From Octopus vulgaris (Eukaryota): a stretch of DNA of 64,000 bases. Numbering within the stretch: the first letter of the stretch is position 1; each line of letters begins with the position of its first letter. Location: positions 99,324,001 through 99,388,000 of the forward strand of contig OX597824.1 of the NCBI GenBank assembly GCA_951406725.2, given 5' to 3'. The notes beneath the pieces are model-generated. The model was not told the origin of the DNA and made no database searches. It saw only the letters and a list, made by a program, of their open reading frames with translations. A program made the position numbers and the translations under genes. Positions 12,601 through 24,980 of this stretch are shown piece by piece.

Positions 12601-15600
12601 TCGTTAGAGAGTGAGGCAGGGAAACAGTGGTGGAGGTTGTTAGAGAGTGAGGCAGGGAAACAGTGGTGGAGGTCGTTAGAGAGAGTGAGGCAGGGAAACA
12701 GTGGTGGAGGTTGTTAGAGAGTGAGGCAGGGAAACAGTGGTGGAGGTTGTTAGAGAGTGAGGCAGGGAAACAGTGGTGGAGGTCGTTAGAGAGTGAGGCA
12801 GGGAAACAGTGGTGGAGGTCGTTAGAGAGTGAGGCAGGGAAACAGTGGTGGAGGTTGTTAGAGAGTGAGGCAGGGAAACAGTGGTGGAGGTCGTTAGAGA
12901 GTGAGGCAGGGAAACAGTGGTGGAGGTCGTTAGAGAGTGAGGCAGGGAAACAGTGGTGGAGGTCGTTAGAGAGTGAGGCAGGGAAACAGTGGTGGAGGTC
13001 GTTAGAGAGTGAGGCAGGGAAACAGTGGTGGAGGTCGTTAGAGAGTGAGGCAGGGAAACAGTGGTGGAGGTCGTTAGAGAGTGAGGCAGGGAAACAGTGG
13101 TGGAGGTCGTTAGAGAGTGAGGCAGGGAAACAGTGGTGGAGGTCGTTAGAGAGTGAGGCAGGGAAACATTGGTGGAGGTCGTTAGAGAGTGAGGCAGGGA
13201 AACAGTGGTGGAGGTCGTTAGAGAGTGGGGCAGGGAAACAGTGGTGGAGGTCGTTAGAGAGTGAGGCAGGGAAACAGTGGTGGAGGTCGTTAGAGAGTGA
13301 GGCAGGGAAACGGTGGTGGAGGTAGTTAGAGAGTGAGGCAGGGAAACAGTGGTGGAGGTCGTTAGAGAGTGAGGCAGGGAAACAGTGGTGGAGGTTGTTA
13401 GAGAGTGAGGCAGGAAACAGTGGTGGAGGTCGTTAGAGAGTGAGGCAGGGAAACAGTGGTGGAGGTCGTTAGAGAGTGAGGCAGGGAAACAGTGGTGGAG
13501 GTCGTTAGAGAGTGAGGCAGGGAAACAGTGGTGGAGGTTGTTAGAGAGTGAGGCAGGGAAACAGTGGTGGAGGTTGTTAGAGGAGTGAGGCAGGGAAACA
13601 GTGGTGGAGGTCGTTAGAGAGGCAGGGAAACAGTGGTGGAGGTGTTAGAGAGTGAGGCAGGGAAACAGTGGTGGAGGTCGTTAGAGAGTGAGGCAGGGAA
13701 ACAGTGGTGGAGGTCGTTAGAGAGTGAGGCAGGGAAACAGTGGTGGAGGTCGTTAGAGAGTGAGGCAGGGAAACAGTGGTGGAGGTCGTTAGAGAGTGAG
13801 GCAGGGAAACAGTGGTGGAGGTCGTTAGAGAGTGAGGCAGGGAAACAGTGGTGGAGGTTGTTAGAGAGTGAGGCAGGGAAACAGTGGTGGAGGTCGTTAG
13901 AGAGTGAGGCAGGGAAACAGTGGTGGAGGTTGTTAGAGAGTGAGGCAGGGAAACAGTGGTGGAGGTCGTTAGAGAGTGAGGCAGGGAAACAGTGGTGGAG
14001 GTCGTTAGAGAGTGAGGCAGGGAAACAGTGGTGGAGGTCGTTAGAGAGTGAGGCAGGGAAACAGTGGTGGAGGTCGTTAGAGAGTGAGGCAGGGAAACAG
14101 TGGTGGAGGTTGTTAGAGAGAGTGAGGCAGGGAAACAGTGGTGGAGGTGTTAGAGAGTGAGGCAGGGAAACAGTGGTGGAGGTTGTTAGAGAGTGAGGCA
14201 GGGAAACAGTGGTGGAGGTCGTGTTAGAGAGTGAGGCAGGGAAACAGTGGTGGAGGTTGTTAGAGAGTGAGGCAGGGAAACAGTGGTGGAGGTCGTTAGA
14301 GAGTGAGGCAGGGAAACAGTGGTGGAGGTTGTTAGAGAGTGAGGCAGGGAAACAGTGGTGGAGGTTGTTAGAGAGTGAGGCAGGGAAACAGTGGTGGAGG
14401 TTGTTAGAGAGTGAGGCAGGGAAACAGTGGTGGAGGTCGTTAGAGAGTGAGGCAGGGAAACAGTGGTGGAGGTTGTTAGAGAGTGAGGCAGGGAAACAGT
14501 GGTGGAGGTCGTTAGAGAGTGAGGCAGGGAAACAGTGGTGGAGGTTGTTAGAGAGTGAGGCAGGGAAACAGTGGTGGAGGTTGTTAGAGAGTGAGGCAGG
14601 GAAACAGTGGTGGAGGTCGTTAGAGAGTGAGGCAGGGAAACAGTGGTGGAGGTCGTTAGAGAGTGAGGCAGGGAAACAGTGGTGGAGGTCGTTAGAGAGT
14701 GAGGCAGGGAAACAGTGGTGGAGGTCGTTAGAGAGTGAAACAGGCAGGGAAACAGTGGTGGAGGTCGTTAGAGAGTGAGGCAGGGAAACAGTGGTGGAGG
14801 TCGTTAGAGAGTGAGGCAGGGAAACAGTGGTGGAGGTCGTTAGAGAGTGAGGCAGGGAAACAGTGGTGGAGGTCGTTAGAGTGAGGCAGGGAAACAGTGG
14901 TGGAGGTCGTTAGAGAGTGAGGCAGGGAAACAGTGGTGGAGGTCGTTAGAGAGTGAGGCAGGGAAACAGTGGTGGAGGTCGTTAGAGAGTGAGGCAGGGA
15001 AACAGTGGTGGAGGTCGTTAGAGAGTGAGGCAGGGAAACAGTGGTGGAGGTCGTTAGAGAGTGAGGCAGGGAAACAGTGGTGGAGGTCGTTAGAGAGTGA
15101 GGCAGGGAAACAGTGGTGGAGGTTGTTAGAGAGTGAGGCAGGGAAACAGTGGTGGAGGTCGTTAGAGAGTGAGGCAGGGAAACAGTGGTGGAGGTCGTTA
15201 GAGAGTGAGGCAGGGAAACAGTGGTGGAGGTCGTTAGAGAGTGAGGCAGGGAAACAGTGGTGGAGGTTGTTAGAGAGTGAGGCAGGGAAACAGTGGTGGA
15301 GGTTGTTAGAGAGTGAGGCAGGGAAACAGTGGTGGAGGTCGTTAGATAGTGAGGCAGGGAAACAGTGGTGGAGGTCGTTAGAGAGTGAGGCAGGGAAACA
15401 GTGGTGGAGGTCGTTAGAGAGTGAGGCAGGGAAACAGTGGTGGAGGTCGTTAGAGAGTGAGGCAGGGAAACAGTGGTGGAGGTCGTTAGAGAGTGAGGCA
15501 GGGAAACAGTGGTGGAGGTTGTTAGAGAGTGAGGCAGGGAAACAGTGGTGGAGGTCGTTAGAGAGTGAGGCAGGGAAACAGTGGTGGAGGTTGTTAGAGA

Positions 15601-16906
15601 GTGAGGCAGGGAAACAGTGGTGGAGGTTGTTAGAGAGTGAGGCAGGGAAACAGTGGTGGAGGTCGTTAGAGAGTGAGGCAGGGAAACAGTGGTGGAGGTT
15701 GTTAGAGAGTGAGGCAGGGAAACAGTGGTGGAGGTCGTTAGAGAGTGAGGCAGGGAAACAGTGGTGGAGGTTGTTAGAGAGTGAGGCAGGGAAACAGTGG
15801 TGGAGGTTGTTAGAGAGTGAGGCAGGGAAACAGTGGTGGAGGTCGTTAGAGAGTGAGGCAGGGAAACAGTGGTGGAGGTTGTTAGAGAGTGAGGCAGGGA
15901 AACAGTGGTGGAGGTTGTTAGAGAGTGAGGCAGGGAAACAGTGGTGGAGGTCGTTAGAGAGTGAGGCAGGGAAACAGTGGTGGAGGTCGTTAGAGAGTGA
16001 GGCAGGGAAACAGTGGTGGAGGTCGTTAGAGAGTGAGGCAGGGAAACAGTGGTGGAGGTCGTTAGAGAGTGAGGCAGGGAAACAGTGGTGGAGGTCGTTA
16101 GAGAGTGAGGCAGGGAAACAGTGGTGGAGGTCGTTAGAGAGTGAGGCAGGGAAACAGTGGTGGAGGTGTTAGAGAGTGAGCAGGGAAACAGTGGTGGAGG
16201 TGTTAGAGAGTGAGGCAGGGAAACAGTGGTGGAGGTTGTTAGAGAGTGAGGCAGGGAAACAGTGGTGGAGGTCGTTAGAGAGTGAGGCAGGGAAACAGTG
16301 GTGGAGGTTGTTAGAGAGTGAGGCAGGGAAACAGTGGTGGAGGTTGTTAGAGAGTGAGGCAGGGAAACAGTGGTGGAGGTCGTTAGAGTTGAGAGTGAGG
16401 CAGGGAAACAGTGGTGGAGGTCGTTAGAGAGTGAGGCAGGGAAACAGTGGTGGAGGTCGTTAGAGAGTGAGGCAGGGAAACAGTGGTGGAGGTCGTTAGA
16501 GAGTGAGGCAGGGAAACAGTGGTGGAGGTCGTTAGAGAGTGAGGCAGGGAAACAGTGGTGGAGGTCGTTAGAGAGTGAGGCAGGGAAACAGTGGTGGAGG
16601 TCGTTAGAGAGTGAGGCAGGGAAACAGTGGTGGAGGTTGTTAGAGAGTGAGGCAGGGAAACAGTGGTGGAGGTCGTTAGAGAGTGAGGCAGGGAAACAGT
16701 GGTGGAGGTCGTTAGAGAGTGAGGCAGGGAAACAGTGGTGGAGGTCGTTAGAGAGTGAGGCAGGGAAACAGTGGTGGAGGTTGTTAGAGAGTGAGGCAGG
16801 GAAACAGTGGTGTGGTTGTTAGAGAGTGAGGCAGGGAAACAGTGGTGGAGGTCGTTAGAGAGTGAGGCAGGGAAACAGTGGTGGAGGTTGTTAGGGAGTG
16901 AGGCAG
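9642..16906 (+). repeat. 33-bp minisatellite, ~220 copies (GAGGCAGGGAAACAGTGGTGGAGGTYGTTAGAGAGT consensus)
   Basis: Directly visible head-to-tail repeat with no spacers, located inside the LOXHD1-like intron. Confidence 0.98.
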
Positions 16907-17214
16907 CATTTCCCCACCTCACACCATTCCCAGTCACACACACACACAAACATATATCCATCAAAATCATTTAATGTTCTCTGTTTCTTTGCTTTCTTTG
17001 GATTGGATCACATTTGTTAATGCTAATTTGCTACGGCCAGGTAGCCTCCATGTCACCAGCCTTCATTTGTTGCCAAATAAGGTAATATTTCCCCATAACC
17101 TGACAATTTTTTTTATAAAAGATTGGAGAGGAAACACCCAGCTTGCACAATGGGTGACATTCATTTACAACTACATCACAGCAAGAAGACAATAATACAC
17201 ACACACACACACAC

Positions 17215-17248
<34 letters not shown>

Positions 17249-17409
17249 GAACCAGAGTTTCCCCTCTCCTAGATAGGATGCTTTTACCATGGTTAAGGAG
17301 CCCCATCTGCCCCCTAATATATGGAATTAAATACATCAGGAAAAAAAAAACACACACACATATGTAAAAAGCAAAAATTATACACATATGTGTGTGTGTG
17401 TATATATAT

Positions 17410-17945
17410 TGGACACCAAACTCTGCTTGCAAAGACCTTTTGAGGCAAGTGAGATCGAAATCAAATTCGATGACTGGCATCCGTGTTAGTGGAGTGCTAA
17501 GAGTACCATACGAGCGAGATCGTTGCCAGAGCAACAAGCTGGCCTCCATGCAGGTGGCACGCAAAAAAAAAGAACAACATTCAGGCATGATTGTTACCTG
17601 CGTCACCTTACTGGCACTTGTGCTGGTGGCACATGAAAAAACATTCGAGTGAGGTCGTTGCCAGTGCCACTGGACTGGCTCCTGTGCAGGTGGCACATAA
17701 AAAAAACACCATTTGAACGTGGCTGTTGCCTGTACCGCCTGACTGGCCCTCGTGCTGGTGGCACGTAAAAGCACCCACTACACTCTCGGAGTGGTTGGCG
17801 TTAGGAAGGGCATCCAGCTGTAGAAACTCTGCCAGATCAGACTGGAGTCTGGTGCAGCCACCTGGTTCGCCAGTCCTCAGTCAAATCGTCCAACCCATGC
17901 TAGCATGGAAAGTGGACCTTAAACGATGATGATGATGATGATGAT
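17410..17945 (+). mobile_element. 3' UTR fragment of RTE LINE / derived SINE with (GAT)n tail
   Basis: Matches the 3' end of the minus-strand LINE at 18900-19060. Ends CATGCTAGCATGGAAA..TTAAACGATGATGAT. Related pieces lie near 3480, 43765, 46085, 61370 and 61830. Confidence 0.75.
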
Positions 17946-18679
17946 ATATATAGTCAGATGGCTGTTGACTACTCATGAGTTCCTCCGCCCTTTATAACAG
18001 GTTTTATTTTTCATCCTGCAGGGTATCCAACTATCAGCCTCCTCACCAAGTGTGCTTGGTGGGGTTTGCCAGTGTAGTCGCCAATGACCCAACCACGTAA
18101 CAGGTTGTACTGGGTTACATGTTACCAGTGGCATACAAGAGCAACTAATAGCAACCTCATGGGGCAGACCAGGCAGCTGTCTGGTTATTCATAGTGACTC
18201 ATCTAGGAGATGGAAATCTCTGAAGAAAAAGCCTGAGTTTTGTTGTTCTTGGTATTGTGGCACATATGTGCACCAGGGTCTTGCTATCATCACTTCCAAA
18301 AAGTGTGGCTGGTTCTACACAAGCCTTCAACACTCAAATCATTTGTGTGGGTTTTCTGACAACTTACATTTATTCATTTAATATGGCATAGCTTCAACAA
18401 GTCCTCTGGTGAAAGAGTGAAAGTGGCAAGGACAGGTAAAGAATATTACTGGAAGTCTCTTGCAGGATCTCTACACACTCAGTGACCATTGGGTGACGGC
18501 CGTTCCAGCGCAGAACTTGTAACTGTGCTGTGTCTTCTAATGGTGACAAAGCAGATCTATTTAGACACAGCACTGCTTTCCCCAACAGGAGAAGGGGCAA
18601 GAAAAGGAGCCCTAAACATTGCCTACTCACTTTGAACTTGTCAGCCTGCTGCAGCTGTCTGGTTATTCAGTAACACAGT

Positions 18680-18905
18680 CGAAACATGAAGAAAACTAAG
18701 AATATTAACCTTGGCCCTTGGAATGTGCACACTCTCCAAGACAAGTCACTCAGCACCAGAATGGAAAGACAGCTCTGGTTGCTCTTGAACTAAAGAAATG
18801 CAACATTGACATAGCTGCACTCATCATCGCAGTTACAAGAAAGTAAAGGTGGATACATATTTTTCTGGAGTGGGAAAAATGAAGAAGAAGCACGCCATTC
18901 TGGTG
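18680..18905 (+). mobile_element. 5' fragment of RTE LINE (APE endonuclease start)
   Basis: Remnants MKKTKNINLGPWNVHTL, ALVALELKKCNIDIAAL and GGYIFFWSG. Confidence 0.7.
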
Positions 18906-20070
18906 CTTTTAACATTCCACTGGCATGAGTGCCAATCAGGCGGTACTGTCATTGGCCACATCAGTAATTTTGATTTCACTTGCCTCAATAGGTCTTCGTA
19001 AGCAAATTTTATTGTGCAATGAATGACGGGTATTCATAAGTGGGCTGGTTACACCCACTGGCATAGGCCATGGTCTCTCACTTGGCTTGTCGGGTCTTCT
19101 CAAGCACAACATATTTCCAAAAGTGTCGGTCACTAGTCATTGCCTCGGTGAGGCCTAATGTTCGAAGGTCATGCTTCACCACCTCATCCCAGGTCTTCCT
19201 GGGTCTACCTCTTCCACATGTTCCCTCAACATCTAGGGTGTAGCACTTTTTCACACAGCTGTCCTCATCCATTCTCACCACATGATAATACCAGCATAGT
19301 CATCTCTCTTGCACACTACATCTGATGCTTCATATGCCCAACTTTTCTCTCAAGGTACTTACACTCTGTCATGTCTGCACAATGACATTACACATCCATC
19401 GGATCATACTGGCTTTATTCCTTGCGAGCTTACACATGTCCTCAGCAGTCACGGCCCATTTAGCATGGCTGTTTGTACACATGCATCATACAGTCTACCT
19501 TTCACTGTGAGTGAGAGGCCCTTTGTCACTAGCAGAGGTAGGAGCTCTCTGAACTTTATCCAGGCTATTCTTATTCTAGCAGCTACACTTTCAGAACATC
19601 CACACCCCACTACTGACTTGGTCACCTAGGTAACGGAAGCTATCAACTACTTGTAGTTTTTCCCCCTGGAATGTGGCAGAAATTGTTCTCTCCACATTTT
19701 TAGTGTTTATTGCTCCCGAGCATCTGTCACACACAAAAACTATCTTCCCAGTTAGCCTTCCTTTGATATTGCTGCACCTCTTGTGTGTCCATAGCTTACA
19801 CTTGGTGCATCTTACAGAGTTTCTACCTATGCCTTTTCTACAGATTGAGCAGGGCCACCTACCTGAAGGGGTTTGTGGTTTGTCTACCTTCCTACTTATG
19901 AAGACTTTGATTTTAGCTAGGTTGACTCTAAGACCCTCGATTCTAATCCTTGTTTCCACACTTGAAACTTCTCCTCTAGTTCTGATAGTGACTCAGCAAT
20001 TAGAGCAAGGTCGTCAGCATTGAGGAGCTCCCAGGGGGCATCCTGTCTTGAATTCCTCTGTTATTGTCAT
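18900..20070 (-). mobile_element. 5'-truncated RTE-clade LINE with PHD-like finger
   Basis: GLRVNLAKIK, WPCSICRKGIGRNSVRCTKCKLWTHKRCS, FRYLGD and GRGRPRKTW. Confidence 0.85.
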
Positions 20071-20999
20071 CACTTACTGTCTGTTTTCCTTGGATGGGAC
20101 AGTTTGACAGAGCCAGAGGACTGTGTCAAGTTTCAATGTTGGCTTTGACATGGTTTCTATGCCAGATGCCCGTCTTCGCATCCTACCAAGTGTACTGGGT
20201 ACTGTTTACACAAGACCGGGGCAAGTGAAGGTTACCCAGTAACCTACAGGACAAGGAAAAGAGAAGCCTCCTCCTCAGGGAAGGCGACTTTATTCCAGGT
20301 TTTGAGAGGTGAAAGTATGATAGAGGGACAGGCAGAGGTGTTTTGCTGAAGAAGATAGAGATGTTGATGATGTGCTGGACTATATACTGCCATAGTGCGA
20401 GGAGAGGATAAGAGAGGATACACACTGAGGATGGAGCAGTATGGGTGAGAAGTTCATAGAAATGTGAAAGGAGGGTGACAGATGGGGGTAGAAGTGAATG
20501 TAACCCAAGGGTGGGGGTGTGGTCGATAGTAAATATCAGTATAGTGAGGGAGAAGGTAAAAGAAATAGCTTAAGGAAGAGGAGGAGAAAGTAGAGGAGGC
20601 TGTGGATTAATTAGGAAACGGAGGAGAGAGATAAAGAGACCTGAGGGATATAGGGGTGGCTTTAGTGACTGAGGCACAATAGTTGAGGGGGTGGCATTGA
20701 CAGCAGATATGTTAAGAATGATAGCAATTGTGAGAAAGTGTTAGAGAGGAGGGAGAGAGATATCTACAGGTAGAGAAAAAGGTGAGCAATTGGAAGGTGT
20801 GAGGGGGGGGGGGGGTCCAGAGTGAAGGGGAGGTAACTCGTAGCATGAAGGGAAAGAATAGTGTTATTGTTAGACGTGTGGGGGACAGGATAGGAACGGG
20901 GCCTGGGGAGTGTATAGCCATATATCTAATGCTTTCACTAAAAATGTTGCATTTTATTGAGTGCAGCAAAACACTAAGCATCTCAGTCCTTTTATATCT

Positions 21000-21620
21000 T
21001 CTCTCATATTTTCCTTGCTCTCCTTCACCTTCAACCCTTGGGACTTCTTTATGCAGGTTCACTCAGCCATACTCTCCAGCACAACAACGTATCTGTTGCA
21101 TGGCCATCAGAACTTATTAGCTTCATTCTTTTCTAGTCTCTCCCTCTGCATTGAACATCCATGTCTCAACACCACGCAAATTTACTGTTTATATCCAAGC
21201 ATCATATAATCTGCCTTTCACTCTGATGGGGAGCCTTTTTGTGACCCAGTGGTAATAACTCCTTGACTTTCACCGTCCTATTCTTACTCTAACAATTATA
21301 ACTTCAGAACATCCCTCTCCACTGCTAATTAGGTTGCCTAGGTAACAGAAACTATCTACTACCAATAGACAAACCCTGAGCATCTGAGAAAATCTATTTC
21401 TCACAAACATAACTAAGGGAGAGAGCGAGAGAGGGAGAGCATAGACGACCAGTCGTACTTAGTGTTTATTTCTCTGGCACATTTTGTCCACCTCTTGCAT
21501 TGGCAATTTCTCTCTTCACCTTCCTATATATTAAGGAGGACCATTTTCTTGCTTACTTAGACTTTGGTTTTTGCTCATTTTAAAGCCTTCTAATTCAAGG
21601 TTTTTCCTTTCACACCTGGA
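21000..21620 (-). mobile_element. Highly degraded RTE-PHD LINE fragment
   Basis: Similarity to 19300-19960, including the FCYLG-like segment and the SGGC...IRI region. Confidence 0.55.
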
Positions 21621-21754
21621 ATCTCTTTCCTTGGGGCATATCTTAATGGAAGTAGGAGATTCAAACTCTTTTTAGGAGAAAGATGAACCATTCTAAAAAA
21701 AAAAATCACAAGATCTGGAAGCTTCTAGAACTTTTAAAACGAAATTTTGGAATG

Positions 21755-22170
21755 CAGGAGTGGCTGTGTGGTAAGTAGCTTGCTTACCAACCACATGGTT
21801 CCGGGTTCAGTCCCACTGCGTGGCACCTTGGCCAAGTGTCTTCTGCTATAGCCTCGGGCCGACCAATGCCTTGTGAGTGGATTTGGTTGATGGAAACTGA
21901 AAGAAGCCCGTCGTATATATGTATATATGTATATATATATATGTGTGTGTGTGTATGTTTGTGTGTCTGTGTTTGTCCCTCTCGCATTGCTTGACAACCG
22001 ATGCTGGTGTGTTTATGTCCCCGTCACTTAGCGGTTCGGCAAGAGACTGATAGAATAAGTACTGGGCTTACAAAGAATAAGTCCCGGGGTCGATTTGCTC
22101 GACTAAAGGCGGTGCTCCAGCATGGCCGCAGTCAAAGGACTGAAACAAGTAAAAGAGAGAAAAGAGAAAG
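21755..22170 (+). mobile_element. tRNA-derived SINE, family B (internal TG/TA microsatellite)
   Basis: GTGGCTGTGTGGTAAG A-box, GGTTCAGTCCC B-box, and 3' end GGCGGTGCTCCAGCATGGCC...AAAAGAG. Confidence 0.88.
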
Positions 22171-23159
22171 AGAATGCTACTCTCAAATTCATTTTGGCAA
22201 CACGGTCGTGTCCAGTTTTGAACTGGAGGACAATGGCCATGCCACACGCGGCTTACTTCACCTTTAGCGAACACCAATCGATGGGAGATAACTCTTCCTT
22301 TCTCTCCCAAAATATTTTAACTAAATTTTGTCACCACTGAACCACCAACTTGGAGCAGGCCACCTCCGGCATGAAAGAGTCATCAGCAGAGTCCAGTGGC
22401 AATATCTGGCATGCAACAGTAACACTGCAATCAGTCATATACCATAACGAGTAATATATTACTTGCCGATGTATATCAACTCTGTTATATTGAAGATGCT
22501 TTTTGGTGAGCAACTGACAGATATATAGAGTTATGAACCACCGTATTTAAGAGGTTTGTAGATGCTTGGACATGGACAGACAACATGGTTGCACAAATTG
22601 TCTTAAGAAATCCACCACTAAGAAGCCAGGAATGATGTCACTGGTCCATAGGACTCTTACTTGTAATTTATTCAGCAACCAATGCTTAGTAGCTATAACC
22701 CAGATGAAACAGAGAAAGACTTGCATCCTGCAGACAATTCCTGGCCAGTTCGTGTCTTTGCACCCATATTGTCTACAATAAGGAGAATTCAGTTTGTGAA
22801 GTGTTTCTGTCTGTGAATATATAGAAGCATAGAAAATACAACTAGACTTAATTACATTTCATTGAATGCTGCTAAGTGCACCTCGAATTAAATGTGTGTG
22901 TGTGTATTTATATATATATATATGAGGGAAAGGACATGATATTGTGATTATAGTTTTTCTAATTAAATAGCTTTTTGGTAATGAAAAATGTGTAATTCTT
23001 AAATTGTTAAAGTTTACCTGAGTTTCAATAAGGGCAAAATTTCAGAGCATAAAATCGTGTAACATGGAGGATGCTTATGTATGCGTATCTAAATCTATCC
23101 ATCGATAAATATAGTTTACTGCTGCATTACAAAAAGATCGACAAAGTATTCCAAAACTC

Positions 23160-23545
23160 TGTTACTTGTTTCAGTCATTTTGACTGCAGCCATGCTGGAG
23201 CACCGCCTTTAGTCAAGCAAATTGACCCCAGGACTTATTCTTTGTAAGCTTTGTACTTATTCTATCAGTCTCTTTTGCCAAACCACTAAGTTACTGGGAT
23301 GTAAACACACCAGCATCGATTGTCAAGCAATGTTGGGGAGGACAAACACAGACACACATACATATCTATAGATATATATATACACGACGGGCTTCTTTCA
23401 GTTTCCATCTACCAAATCCACTCACAAGGCTTTGGTCAGCCCGAGGCTATAGAAGACACTTGCCCAAGGTGCCACGCAGTGGGACTGAACCCGAAACCAT
23501 GTGGTTGGGAAGCAAGCTACTTACCACACAGCCACTCTTGCACCT
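23160..23545 (-). mobile_element. SINE family B, inverted copy
   Basis: Reverse complement of 21755-22150. Confidence 0.88.
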
Positions 23546-23773
23546 ACATATTTTTATATCCTCTAGCGACAGCTGATGACGGGGGTTTTGTCCTTGTGTA
23601 GCTCGTCCTGTATTTGTTTTTCGTTTCCTTGTTTTTTGGTTTTTTCCGTTTCTACGTCTTATTGTGATGTCCTGTACTCCCGTATAATTATTTTTATGTG
23701 CATGTATATATACATGTAGATGTAGGTACGTACATATATGTTTGTATGTATGCATATATTTTTATTTATCTCC

Positions 23774-23812
<39 letters not shown>

Positions 23813-24009
23813 TACATGTGATGATGTCATTTGATGTAGTTAAGGGATACATGTCCCCAGAGGAACGCAAGAGTCAATTGCACATCTACATTTAAGTCAC
23901 TGGTGCCTATTTACAGCTAGATGGACTGGGGCATGGATTCAGCAACATGTTGACATGGTTAACTGTCTCCCAGCAATGATAGCAAATAGTTTATTTGCCT
24001 ATATTTCAG

Positions 24010-24198
24010 GAGGGATGGTCACATATGAAATACAAGTATACACTGGAGATGTAAAACATGCAGGAACAGATGCCAATGTCTACCTCAATATATTTGGAGA
24101 AAATGGAGAAACAGGCAGGCAACCATTGAAACAAAGATTTAGGGATTTATTTGAGAGAAATCAGAGGGACACGTTTTTTATCAAATGTCTTGAATTGG
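24010..24198 (+). CDS. LOXHD1: Exon encoding N-half of final PLAT domain
   Basis: tttcag|ga...g|gtgagt. Translates GMVTYEIQVYTGDVKHAGTDANVYLNIFGENGETGRQPLKQRFRDLFERNQRDTFFIKCLELG, a classic PLAT signature (TGD..AGTDANV..FE). Confidence 0.92.
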
Positions 24199-24746
24199 GT
24201 GAGTACAATTGTCAGAATTCTAAGTTTCTACAAAAGGGTTCAAGTCAAAACACCTCAGCTTTATTTCTTCAGACCAATTCCTCTAGAAATAGAGAAATAT
24301 TTTCAATTTCATTGATTTTCTTCATTTCTTTCTTAGTTTAAAAATATTTCTATTTTATAAACAACAAAACCTCGACAAATATTTTAACAAATATTATCTC
24401 CAAAATAACAATTTATCTTCTATTAAATATTTTTAATGAGAAATTGATGAATGGGGCTAAAATTTACCAACTGAAATATTTACAATTAATTAGGTAAATT
24501 TTCAGAAATCACTTAAACATTCTTTAAATTTCATCTCGAAATTTATATTCAGAAATCTATTTTCTGAGAAGGCAAAACAAAACATCCTCACTACAATAGC
24601 TTACCATATCAAGTCTATTCCTAGTTTTTTTTGATATTGTGTTAAAGAATCCAAAAATGAAATGTGTTAAATATTCTTTTCATTAACACATTCCATGCAA
24701 ATGCTATGGATTTTACTTAAATTTTACCAAGAAGCCAGCCAACAAA

Positions 24747-24980
24747 GGTGGCGAGCTGGCAGAAACGTTAGCACGCCAGGCAAAGTGCTTAGCAATATTT
24801 CGTCTGCCGCTACATTCTGAGTTCAAATTCTGCCGAGGTCGACTTTGCCTTTCATCCTTTTGGGGTCGATTAAATAAGTACCAGTTACGCACTGGGGGTC
24901 GATATAATCGACTTAATCCGTTTGTCTGTCCTTGTTTGTCCCTTCTGTGTTTAGCCCCTTGTGGGTAGTAAAGAAATAGA
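24747..24980 (+). mobile_element. SINE family A
   Basis: Near-identical to 222-450. Confidence 0.88.

Noticed and set aside
9642-16906. CRISPR array or repeat protein (LESEAGKQWWR[S/L])n
   Set aside because: No unique spacers or cas genes. It is intronic, and the flanking exons join in phase without it. The ORFs arise because 33 is a multiple of 3, and they are broken by indels and TAG variants.
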